DNA from: Eledone cirrhosa
Taxonomy: Eukaryota
Length of the DNA: 64,000 bases
Direction: 5' to 3'
NCBI GenBank assembly: GCA_964016885.1
Contig: OZ024740.1
Location: forward strand, 239,754,001-239,818,000
Made by a program: the position numbers and the translations under genes
Notes under the pieces: generated by a model
Database searches by the model: none
What the model was told of the DNA's origin: nothing
What the model saw: only the letters and a program-made list of their open reading frames with translations
Part shown: positions 44,164-56,261 of the stretch, piece by piece
Layout of the letters: every line of letters begins with the position of its first letter
Position numbering within the stretch: the first letter of the stretch is position 1

Positions 44164-46362
44164 AGATCAGCTAACTAGAAACTACCACAGCTCAGCTAAC
44201 TAGAAAGTACCACAGCTCAGCTAACTAGAAACTACCAGAGATAAGCTAACTAGAAACTACCACAGCTCAGCTAACTAGAAACTACCAGAGATAAGCTAAC
44301 TAGAAACTACCACAGCTCAGCTAACTAGAAACTACCACAGCTCAGCTAACTAGAAACTACCACAGCTCAGCTAACTAGAAACTACCAGAGATAAGCTAAC
44401 TAGAAACTACCACAGCTCAGCTAACTAGAAACTACCACAGCTCAGCTAACTAGAAACTACCACAGCTCAGCTAACTAGAAACTACCACAGCTCAGCTAAC
44501 TAGAAACTACCACAGCTCAGCTAACTAGAAACTACCACAGCTCAGCTAACTAGAAACTACCACAGCTCAGCTAACTAGAAACTACCACAGCTCAGCTAAC
44601 TAGAAACTACCACAGCTCAGCTAACTAGAAACTACCACAGCTCAGCTAACTAGAAACTACCACAGCTCAGCTAACTAGAAACTACCACAGATCAGCTAAC
44701 TAGAAACTACCACAGCTCAGCTAACTAGAAACTACCACAGCTCAGGTAACTAGAAACTACCACAGATCAGCTAACTAGAAACTACCACAGATCAGCTAAC
44801 TAGAAACTACCACAGCTCAGCTAACTAGAAACTACCACAGCTCAGCTAACTAGAAACTACCACAGCTCAGCTAACTAGAAACTACCACAGCTCAGCTAAC
44901 TAGAAACTACCACAGCTCAGCTAACTAGAAACTACCACAGCTCAGCTAACTAGAAACTACCACAGCTCAGCTAACTAGAAACTACCACAGCTCAGCTAAC
45001 TAGAAACTATCACAGCTCAGCTAACTAGAAACTACCACAGCTCAGCTAACTAGAAACTACCACAGCTCAGCTAACTAGAAACTACCACAGCTCAGCTAAC
45101 TAGAAACTACCACAGCTCAGCTAACTAGAAACTACCACAGCTCAGCTAACTAGAAACTACCACAGCTCAGCTAACTAGAAACTACCACAGCTCAGCTAAC
45201 TAGAAACTACCACAGCTCAGCTAACTAGAAACTACCACAGCTCAGCTAACTAGAAACTACCACAGCTCAGCTAACTAGAAACTACCACAGCTCAGCTAAC
45301 TAGAAACTACCACAGCTCAGCTAACTAGAAACTACCACAGATAAGCTAACTAGAAACTACCACAGCTCAGCTAACTAGAAACTACCACAGCTCAGCTAAC
45401 TAGAAACTACCACAGATCAGCTAACTAGAAACTACCACAGCTCAGCTAACTAGAAACTACCACAGCTCAGGTAACTAGAAACTACCGCAGCTCAGCTAAC
45501 TAGAAACTACCACAGCTCAGCTAACTAGAAACTACCACATTCAGCTAACTAGAAACTACCACATTCAGCTAACTAGAAACTACCACAGCTCAGCTAACTA
45601 GAAACTACCACAGCTCAGCTAACTAGAAACTACCACAGCTCAGCTAATTAGAAACTACCACAGCTCAGCTAACTAGAAACTACCACAGATCAGCTAACTA
45701 GAAACTACCACAGCTCAGCTAACTAGAAACTACCGCAGCTCAGCTAACTAGAAACTACCACATTCAGCTAACTAGAAACTACCACAGCTCAGCTAACTAG
45801 AAAGTACCACAGCTCAGCTAACTAGAAACTACCACAGCTCAGCTAACTAGAAACTACCACAGCTCAGCTAACTAGAAACTACCGCAGCTCAGCTAACTAG
45901 AAACTACCACAGCTCAGCTAACTAGAAACTACCACAGCTCAGCTAACTAGAAACTACCACAGCTCAGCTAACTAGAAACTACCACAGCTCAGCTAACTAG
46001 AAACTACCACAGCCAGCTAACTAGAAACTACCACAGCTCAGCTAACTAGAAACTACCACAGCTCAGCTAACTAGAAACTACCACAGCTCAGCTAACTAGA
46101 AACTACCACAGCTCAGCTAACTAGAAACTACCACAGCTCAGCTAACTAGAAACTACCACAGCTCAGCTAACTAGAAACTACCACAGCTCAGCTAACTAGA
46201 AACTACCACAGCTCAGCTAACTAGAAACTACCACAGCTCAGCTAACTAGAAACTACCACAGCCAGCTAACTAGAAACTACCACAGCTCAGCTAACTAGAA
46301 ACTACCACAGATCAGCTAACTAGAAACTACCACAGCTCAGCTAACTAGAAACTACCACAGCT
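44164..46362. repeat. 25 bp minisatellite, ~88 highly homogeneous units
   Basis: Unit AGCTCAGCTAACTAGAAACTACCAC; occasional variants (agataagct, agatcagct, 1 nt deletions). Confidence 0.98.
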
Positions 46363-47499
46363 TTATGTCAGAGGCCAGACACAAACCAATCCTTTTCACA
46401 ATCTACATAATGATTTACATAAGAATTTAGATCTATTTCATTTTCTTCAATGAAAACAACAAAAAGATATCATATTAGGAATTCAACAATAAACTAATCA
46501 ATTATGTCTAAACTTTTGAGATGAGGTATTATGATAATGAAAGGTTTCTGAGCTATTAACTCTGTCTATTTTCTGTTTCCATTTTACATAACTTTTCTAT
46601 CGATTACATCTTTCATCCTCACTAGCTGTCATCTTTCTGGATATAAACATTCTTCCTGGCTGAATTTGAACGTGGGATAATTATATCTAAGCAAAGAGTG
46701 TTAATGCCCTAATCCAACGAACCATCGGGAGAATGGAAAATTTGAAGACGATTTGTGACTGGAATGTTCGAAATGCAGTGTAAATGAAAATACAAGATAG
46801 AAAACAGGAAGTTAATTAAGAGCTGAGAAAACCAATCAATGTATCTAACTTCCTGACGACTAATATAATTGCTCTGCACTTTAAACAGATGCTGATTACT
46901 TGGCTCGCATCCTACTATTATTGATGCAATTTCTATTCACTAATATTGCACAAATAGAAACAATAGAGGATACCATATTTTATTTGTATGTAGCTGCACA
47001 ATTTAATTAAAATCAAGTGGATCGACATTCCTATGAAGTCAACCTAAACCTATTCGAACCATCCTCTACCTGGCTGCTTGGTATCCTAGAAATAGCAGCT
47101 AAAATCATCCAAACTAACAACCTATCCGTCTTTTTAAAAAGTTTACATTGTATAATATATTCCTATTTATAAAATGACTGAAAGAAAGACTGCTTTAAAT
47201 ATCTTTAATCGTCTACAGTAAAACAACGGCAAGAATGATAATAACCTAGTACGAACTGGTTATTATTATTCAAACAAAAAGCAACGTCAAATAAATAGTC
47301 TCGTTTATAACAGGAGTAGCATAAACACCGCTGCGACAATCGTAAGGAAAAGGGTACACGCTAAGCTCACGGACATAGTGTTAAAGTGCGTTTTACATGG
47401 AAGCAAGGGTCATATATGCACAAATAAGAACACTTTAGACTTCCATTTTTCAAATATCAGATTCACTGATTGTTTAAAATTTATCATAATTTTTTATTA

Positions 47500-50400
47500 T
47501 TATTATTACAGTTGCATTTATCTTGCTTTATGTTCATACGAGTTATCACCAAGTCACAACCAGTGACCTCAAGAGACAACAAGGTCCGCCATGTTCAAGA
47601 AAGAACATACATACTCACACATGCATCTTTAGTGTTTAGACTTGTGATGTACTTATATTGACAGAATCTTCCTTAGTATATGAGCAGTTCCCATTAGTAC
47701 TATCTTTTGTATTTCTCCTATACGCGGGTTTCCTGGGATTTGCGATAAGTAATCATTAGACCCCTTAGGTATCATTCCCAGAGCGCCTACAACCACTGGT
47801 ATTGTTTTAGTTCTCAATTTCCACATTTTTCCAATTTCTATCTCCAGGTCCTTATACTTGCTCAATTTTTCAAATGTTTTTATAGATACATTCTTGTCTA
47901 TTGGAACAGACATATCAATTAGCAGGCATACCCTCTTTTTGAAGTCCTTCAGTATTATATCAGGTCTATTTGCATCTATTTTTCGGTCTGTTTGGATGCT
48001 AAAGTTCCACAAGATTGAGATGTGATCTTTTTCAAGTATGGGAGGTGGTTGATGCTCCCACCAATTCTTTTGATGGGGCAGGTCAAAATGCTTACACATT
48101 ATCCAATGTATGTATTGTGCAGCTCTGTCATGCCTGTTTAGGTATTCGGTTGGAGCTATAGGACTGCACATTGAAATTATATGGTCAATGGTCTCTGGTT
48201 GTTTTTTGCATACACGGCATAATGGGCTGCATCGATTTTTTATTATGTTGGCTTGGTAATTTTTTGTTGGCAGACACTGATCTTGTGCTGATATAATCAG
48301 TCTTTCAGTCTCCGATTTCATCCAGAGGATGCCAACCACTGATGGGTTAAAGTTTTGTCAACATCAGGATTGTTAGCTCGCTCTGGGTATTTTCCATACA
48401 GAGGCTTTTCTTGCCATTTCTTAGCCAGTTTCTGTAGCAGTTCTTTCTTTGCAGTTACTTTTACCTGCTTTGCTTTTTCTGTGTTTTCCATTTCAGCAGT
48501 AAATGGGACTTCTGAAATTTGTAGTCCATTACTGTATCTTTGTGCATCTTTTGTAATGGAATATGATCTTTTGATGCTTTCGTGTTTCAAAACGAGTTTG
48601 ATCATCCAATCATGTGATTCCCTTAGATATGTAGATAATCCAATTGTTGCAGTTTTCAACGCAATGTCTAACTGGATTAACCCACGTCCTCCTTCTTTCC
48701 TAGGGAGATATATTCTATCTATATCTGCCTTAGGGTGATGCATTCTGTGCATGGTTAAGAATTTTCGAATTTTTGTATCGAGCCTACGGATCTCTGTGCT
48801 TGACCAGTTGATGACATTGTAACTGTAGGTTACTACTGGTATGGCAAGCGTGTTTATGGCATCGATCCTATTCCTTGCATTCAATTCCGTTCTTAAGATT
48901 GCTCCTACTCTGCGGTAACATTCCTTCCTTATCCTATCCCTCATTGTCGAGTGCTTGATTCCGTCTCCTTCACAAACACCTAGATATTTGTAAGTTTTTT
49001 CTTGATCAAGTTCTCTTATCACGTTCCCCCGATCAAGATTAATGTCTGAACTCTTCAGCAGCTTTCCTCTGGTGAACGTTGCTTTGGCGCATTTTTCTAG
49101 TCCAAACTCCATTTTAATGTCATCACTGAACTGCTCCACAGTGGATAATAGCCCTTGCAATTGTTCATCATTTTTTGCAAATAGTTTCAGGTCATCCATG
49201 TAGAACAAGTGATTAATGGTTTTGTCATAGACTTTATATCCATGTTTTGTTTCATTGAGCATTTTACTTAATGGTATAAGTGCGATGCAGAATAAAAGCG
49301 GTGATAAAGAGTCACCCTGAAAAATTCCACAATTAATATTAACTTCTCCAGCTTCCAGTGATTTTGTTTCACTATTCAAAAGGAGTGTCGTTTTCCATGT
49401 CTTCATACTGAATGATAAAAACCTCCTGACAACGGGGGATATTTTGAAAATCTCTAAACATTTTTCAATCCAACTGTGTGGCAAACTATCGAATGTTTTT
49501 TTATAATCTATCCAAGCAATCGATAGATTTTTGTGTCTATTATGACAATCTTCCAGTATCATTTTATTAACCAGAAGCTGATCCTTACAGCCATATGAGC
49601 CTCGTTTACACCCTTTCTGCTCAATGGGAAATAGGTCATTTGTTATCAGGTGGTCATATGTGTATTCAGTTAGGACTGATGTTAAAATTTTATACATTGT
49701 GGTCAAGCAAGTTATCGGTCGGTAATCTTTGGGATTGTTTGTCTCATCATTCTTCGGAAGCAGGAATGTAATGCCGTTAACTAGCCATGATGGTATCTTT
49801 TCTGGCTCCTTAACTATTTCATTGTAAAGTTGGGCTAACAGGCTCTGTGAAGGCATTTATCCAAAAGTTTTGTATTTTGTCTTTTCCTGGGGATTTCCAT
49901 TTGCTGGTTTTTCTCAGAGCCAAGCGCAACTGTTCAACTGTTATATTTTCCCATATTTGTTCCTCAAGGTTAGCTGTATCTTTCATTTGTCTGTCTATCC
50001 ATGGGGCATGTATGTTATGAACTTTTTCTTCGGCCCAGATCTTTTCCCAGAATTCTTGCACTTCCTCCTTGGGTGGTATTGATTTAGCAGTTATTGTTGA
50101 CTTACCCATTTTTCTGTAGAAGTTTCTTTGGTTGTTTTTGAACATATTATTGTCCTTATAGAATCTAGATCGTTTTTCAAAGCGCCTTATACGAGCAGCT
50201 TTGGCCGACACTTTTTGTTTGATTATTTCTATCAGCATGTCTATGTCACTTGTTGATTTTATACTGTACTTTTTTTTCAATTTTCTAAGTTTAGTTTGTT
50301 TAACATGTTCACCTACTTTATAGTTTGTTAAAATTTCTATGTCAGATCGGAGAAGGTTTATTTGGCGGTTGATGTTCTCTTGCCAAGTAGATTTCTTGTG

Positions 50401-51460
50401 GGAATTCCTTTGTTTTTTCATCTTCACTCCACATAAGTGAGTGGTGACTTTAGCTGATGCATAATAGAGATGATTTAAATCAGTAATGTTTAGTTTGTTT
50501 GTGATGATAATGTTTTTGAGAATTATGTTAGTCTTGTGTATTATCTTTTGGTTCTGTTTGGAGTTCTGGATCTTAGGGAGGGTGTCTCGTTGCCCCATGT
50601 CAGATTCTTTCATTTTCATCCATTCGATCATAATTTCATCCTTCAAGTTGGCAAGTTCATTCTCATTCATTTCTTTATCATTTACGATCTCATTATTTTC
50701 ATTTGGAGTTTCATCTTGAGCATGCACTCCTTCCACTTTTTCGATCCTTTCTTTAATTTGTTCTGTTGCCAGTGATTCCGCCCCAACCCTGGGATTCGAA
50801 GTGCTACAATTTACCTCGTTTTCACTGACACATGTTTCATTTTCCCTTCGCTGACTTTGTGCTAATAGCTTGATCTGATCAATTTCTATATCAGTTAGTA
50901 ACTTTTTTCTTACAATATTTCTTCGTATATTGGCTAGTTTGTTGCTGTCAATATAGCCTCTGTTTTCGGGATGTTTCTTTTTCCAGTTGATATATGTCTG
51001 TTCTGTATTCGATGTATTTGATGGGTAGTACATGGCAGTGTAGAAAGCCTCAAGGACTTCTTTATTATCTTCCCTTGACCATTTTTCTCTCTTTTTCTTT
51101 GGATTTCTTGGTGGTGAGCATGGAGGGCCAACAGTAGGAGTATTCCGCTTATGGGAGGTCTCCAGCTCCGAAGTGATGGGAAGGTTTGAACCATTAGCTG
51201 ATTTTTCGACCCCAGTCTGGTTCCTCTCTGAGGGACGCGGCCCTTTTTTACCCGGGTGACGGCCGATCCGGTATGAGATTTTATCATTAGACATTTACTT
51301 TATTTTGTCGCGTTTTATCCTTATCCGCCAAGGGGTAATCATTTCGTGTTACCACTTCTAGAACAAGTGTCAACCAAGACTAGAGGGGTCGTTCTCCCCT
51401 AGAGACATGGCTATTCCCCGCCGGCCGCCATCCCGGTATTTCTTGGTCACGGGGTTTTCT
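47500..51460 (-). mobile_element. Near-intact R4/Dong-clade non-LTR retrotransposon (family A) with (TAA)n at the 3' end
   Basis: Single-ORF architecture: N-terminal domain, RT, CCHC finger, restriction-like endonuclease. The 3'UTR ends gcaactg(TAA)4. Confidence 0.93.
47653..51294 (-). pseudogene. R4/Dong ORF (~1200 aa) broken by two frameshifts (~49840 and ~48320)
   Basis: WKSPGKD, YRPITCL, EQKGC, WIDYKKTFDS, GIFQGDSLSPLLF, FYMDDLKLF, CRVC..ETIDHIISMC, RHD, RPDII..LIDMSVP, KLSKY. The copy at ~61500 retains the base missing at ~48320. Confidence 0.93.
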
Positions 51461-52309
51461 TTTTGTTGTTTTTTTTAAATTGTTATTATCATGAGTGGTT
51501 CCTTAATGTGAGCATTGCGTGGCTTAAGAATGAAATTATTAATAATTGTCTCCACTCCAGGCACAAGGCCAGCAATCACCCAGTGCATTACAATAATATA
51601 ATATACTTTTTGCTGAAGTTGCCTGTTATTGTTGTTGGCTATGTCGGTGGTGGTGCTGGGGATTTTTATATTGTTGGTGAGGAAGGGGTGAGCTAGCAGT
51701 GCCATAGTTGTTGATGTTGACGTTTGGCCGGTGGCCAGGTCACTAAGTCAATCTATTTATATCTTTTGCTAGCTTCTCCCTTGTCTAGTGATACCGCCAC
51801 CTTCCCCTTTCTCTCTCAAGTTAACAGGGGAATAGTGGTGGTAGCAATGAAGGAGTGGTGGCGGCGGTGATGGGATAGTGGTAGCAATGATGGATGGGGT
51901 GGGGTGGTGGCGGCGGTGGCTTTGACGTTACTGAGTTTTGTGATATGTAGTATATATGAGTGTGTGTCGCGTATGTTTAATATATATTGTGTTGACATAT
52001 TCCCGTAAAATTGGGATCAAACATTTAAAAAAAAAAACTTGAGACAATAATAATAGTAATTATTATTATGATGCTGGGATTGGTGGTGGTGGTGGTGAAA
52101 TTGCCGTTATCTGGCTGTTATATTTAGTGTGATGGGGTAGGTGGTGTATCAAGTTTCTGGTGTTGGTGAAATTGCTGTTATTTGGCTGTTCTATATAGTG
52201 TAGACAGAGGGTGTTTTCTTCCATTTATAACCATTTTCTTTTTTGAATGCAACATATATAATACAAAATTGAATATTTGAGCGATATAACAATATAATAT
52301 GGATCCGAA

Positions 52310-52393
<84 letters not shown>

Positions 52394-55300
52394 GAAGGTG
52401 AAGCCACGCTTCTTATCGGCTCCAGTTTTTTCAAAAGTTTACCTCGTTTTCAACCGTTCTTAACCTTTTATTCAAGTTTTAAACTTGATAAAGGTTTAGA
52501 AGAAGTGACCCACCTAATACAGGGGTTCACTCGTAAATAATACCCATTATGGGGTGTCGTATTAGGTAAAAAAAAATATATTTGCAAAAAAATGTTCTTT
52601 CAACATCGATAACACAAGAAAGAGAGAGAACGCTGTCAGACAACACAGAGAGAGGGAGACTTTGTCAACATGTCAACAAGACAGCGTTCTAGCGAAGGTA
52701 AATATAAAAGAAAATATTACAAAGAGAAACAATATCATTTTTAATGATATTGTTACAGATTTAAAATTACCAAATATTTTAACACAAACAACACCTACAA
52801 TTACACCAACAACAACACCATCAATAACAACAGCAACAACAAAAATAACAGCGGTAAGGTCTAGAACAACAAAAACAATGACAATAACAACAGCCACAAC
52901 AACAATAATAGTGGAAACAGTATCAACAATAACAGTAACAGCAGCAACAGTATCAACGAAAACAACAACAATGACAACAATAACAGCAACAACAGTACCA
53001 ACGAAAACAACAGCAATGACATCGATACCTGTAACAGCGATCTCAGCACCACCAGGAAGACTAGTAGCGGCAGCAATAGTGGTGCCGCTGAAAAAGGGGC
53101 CACTTCTTTTAGCAGGTGTGGCCCGAAATATCGAAACAGTGCTAGTCACAGAGGAAGAGATGGCTGTTGCAAGGGCCATGGTGACAAGAAATGTCAATCG
53201 AGTCTCCCTGAAAGCTCCACCCGAATTTTTATAGGACCAGCAGCTACGGACGGTGACTTAACACACCGTAAGCAAAATGTCACATCGGGGGGAGAGAGCC
53301 ACCGAGGCTCAAATCCGAAAGGCCTTGGGGTGCGTCTGGGCGCGTAAACCCACATCACCCGAGGCAGAAAGTATGCCATAGTGGACGTACTTTTCGCTAC
53401 CCCGCAAGAGGCGAAGTCTCACTCTTTGGAAACCCTAAAGAGTGAGGAGATAGTCTTGGTGCCCTCCTACTTCGCGCTGATATTTGTGAGGGTCAAAGTG
53501 ACCCAGGTCCCACCCAACGTGCCCATACCTTGGCTGGCCGCGTCTCTCCTTGCAGGAATCGAGAACAGGACAACCATGCTGCAAGTAGAGAAAATAGGGA
53601 GAGGGAACTGATCAGGTATAGGCATACAAATGATTATACAAACTGACCAGGAGTGCATCGAGACTATCCCCAATATCATAGACCTCGAGGAATACCTCCA
53701 ACTCCCTACAAGCGTGGAAAGGAAGACGGCCAAAATGTTATCTCTGTGGGTCAAAGGGTCACCTCAGGGCCTTTTGCCCGCAGAAGACAGCGAAGAAGAA
53801 GCCCCCCCCCCTCTCCTTTCAATGCCTGGTCCGCTGCTACCAAGAGCAGGGTAGGCAACAAACGCAGAAGACCCTTCCACGGTGAGTAGCAGGGCAACGC
53901 CCGTGGCACCCGTACGAAGGCCACGGACAACTAAAGCAGCAGCAGCAGCAGTAGCGACAACACCAGTAGCTACATTTGCAGTAGCTGCACCAGAAAAAAA
54001 ATCGCCGGAGAGGGCTCTACTACCACCACCAACAGCCGTGGAGCACATACGCCTCCCAGACTCCACGGAATCCGACATGGAGTCTGAGGCGGGAGTGAAG
54101 TGACAAACGGCCTGCTACAAAAAACAAAAAAGATAAAACTCCTTAGCTTCACCCTCAAAAAGCGAAGGCAAACAAAGAGGGGTTAAGGCTGCAAGATGAC
54201 TCGCAGCAACGCCACCACCATCACCACCAACAACCACCACACCACCACCACCAACAACCCACACCACCACCACCAGCATCACCACAAACATCAACATCGC
54301 AGGTACAACAAGACAATTATACCCAACAGCAGTAACAAGAAAACAGCACCCCCCCCCCCCAAAAAAAAATAAAGAACATTACACAGCCATAAACATGGCA
54401 AATAAAGAACTCTTAGAACATATAAAGCAGCACAGATATTTACTGAAAAAAATTACTACACTACGCCAACACCAAGGACTCTCCCAAAAAATATAAACAT
54501 TTAAAAGAAAAATTCCCCAACGGAGTTGGAGACTTCAGACGGTTAGTTACCAAAAGGATATACACCGACATCATCTTGGAGACACCCATAACCAGCCAAA
54601 GGGACGGTTCTACTGTCCCTTTCTTACACGATCAGGGTAGGTGAACCTTTCTCACCATTCCTCACCCAACATGGCCTTACTTAGAATAGTCAGTATAAAT
54701 GTACGTGGCCTATGGTCATCTTGGAAGCAGGGCCATCTGCTTAACGATATCAGGTCACTAAACATAGATGTTGTGGCCATCAGCGAGATCAGAATTTCCG
54801 AAGCACGAGACTTCACACCGATCCTCGGCGGATACGATGTACACGCATCTCCCAGCCCTCCGTGAGAGGGGGCGGAGTTGCTGTGCCTTTTCGGAGAGGC
54901 TTGGATCTCACCATACGGGCCATCTTCCTGGACCCAGAAGGTAAGTCGGTGGTACTGGACGTGACAGGCAGTAATGGCAATGATTTCTAGCTAGTAGCCG
55001 TCTACGCCCCAACAGGGGCAGGATGGCCAGATTTCTTCAGACATCTAGAGACCTTTCTTGGAACGTCCCGCCCTTTAGTCTTAGTGGGTGACTGGAACGG
55101 TATCTTAGATGCACTCTGGGATTGTGTGGGGCTAGTAAATAAAGGAAGAGGATGTAAAAGCCTCACCAACCTGCTCAGACATTTTCAACTGTCTGACAAG
55201 TATCGACTGGATTATCCGAATGTGCCAATGTGGACATGGGCAAACGCATCGGGTCATCCAGATCGTATCTAGATATGGTATTGTGTAGGGAAACGGATAA

Positions 55301-55982
55301 GGCTAGCGTAGGTTGTCCACAATTTAAAGTAGTCGGCTACTCGGACCACAAATGTGTGATCTGTTAAGTCGACTGAGATAGACTTCATAGACAAGGACCT
55401 GGTTACTAGAAGCTGAACGCGTCTTTGGCGGTGCGCAAAACTTACAGAGACCGGATAAGCGAATTAGTTAAGCGTGCGTTGACGGGTACGATCGTCAACA
55501 ACAGGTGGTGGTTTACCCTGAAAAGGGCAATTAGAGTAGAATCAATAAGGCTTAGCAAAGGAGTAAAGATAGTGGAAAATAGAGTAGAAGGAGAGCTAGT
55601 TAGAAAGCTAGAAGATGTGTTTAGGACAGGCATCGCAACCGACGTGCTTGCGGTAAGATTGGCACTCGACCAATTCTTCAATGTAAAGCACGAAGGCTAC
55701 GTTGTCAGAGCTAGAGCGCGTGTTCTGAAACAAGAGGGGACACAAGGTGTCCAATGGGCCCGGGTGGTGGAGGCGCGACGTGACAACAAAGCTATAATTC
55801 AATCCTTTCCTGACCAAAACGGGCACATGTTACTCGAACACGAGCAGATGTGTGAAGCTTTTCAGCAGCACTTTGCTCAACTGTTTTGGAGCGGCGGCGG
55901 GCCAGATCGTAGTGTGAACTTCAGTGCATACCTCGAGGAACTGTCGCAGCTCTCGAAGACTGCAGTGCAGTATTGCAAAAAG
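52394..55982 (+). mobile_element. Second Tx1-type LINE: 5'UTR, ORF1 with CCHC knuckle, endonuclease; broken off before RT
   Basis: VDVLFATPQEA, RRPKCYLCGSKGHLRAFC (~53722-53780), MALLRIVSINVRGL (54671), GDWN. Begins after a long (ATT)n and ends at (AAT)n/(ATT)n. Confidence 0.9.
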
Positions 55983-56030
55983 TAATAATAATAATTATTA
56001 TTATAATAATTATTATTATTATTATTATTT

Positions 56031-56260
56031 GCCTTTCATCCTTACGGGGTCGATAAAATAAAGAGGGCGGTGGATTGGTAGCATCGGTAGAAGGTCGGAC
56101 GCCATGCTTTCCAGCATAGTTACGTCCCTTTACGATCTGAGTTCAAATCCCGCCGAGGTTGACTTTGCCTTTCATCCTTACGGGGTCGATAAAATAAAGT
56201 ACCAGTAAGGCACTGGATAATTGCTGGCCTTGTGCCTAAAGTAGAAACAATTATTATTAT
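56031..56260 (+). mobile_element. Full-length SINE (56063-56260) preceded by a short internal SINE piece
   Basis: ggcggtggattggtagcatcggtaga, gagttcaaatcccgccgagg, Nin-like core, (ATT)n tail. Confidence 0.9.
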
Positions 56261-56261
56261 T

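Noticed and set aside
40629-46362. CRISPR-like arrays
   Set aside because: Head-to-tail repeats with no unique spacers, no cas genes, and a eukaryotic context.
48318-49856. Programmed frameshifting or a three-ORF design in the Dong element
   Set aside because: The copy at ~61500 has the missing base and reads through, and R4/Dong elements have a single ORF; these are lesions.
56063-56160. tRNA genes suggested by A/B boxes (also 15369 and 43683)
   Set aside because: No cloverleaf, and followed by SINE body and tail; these are SINE heads.
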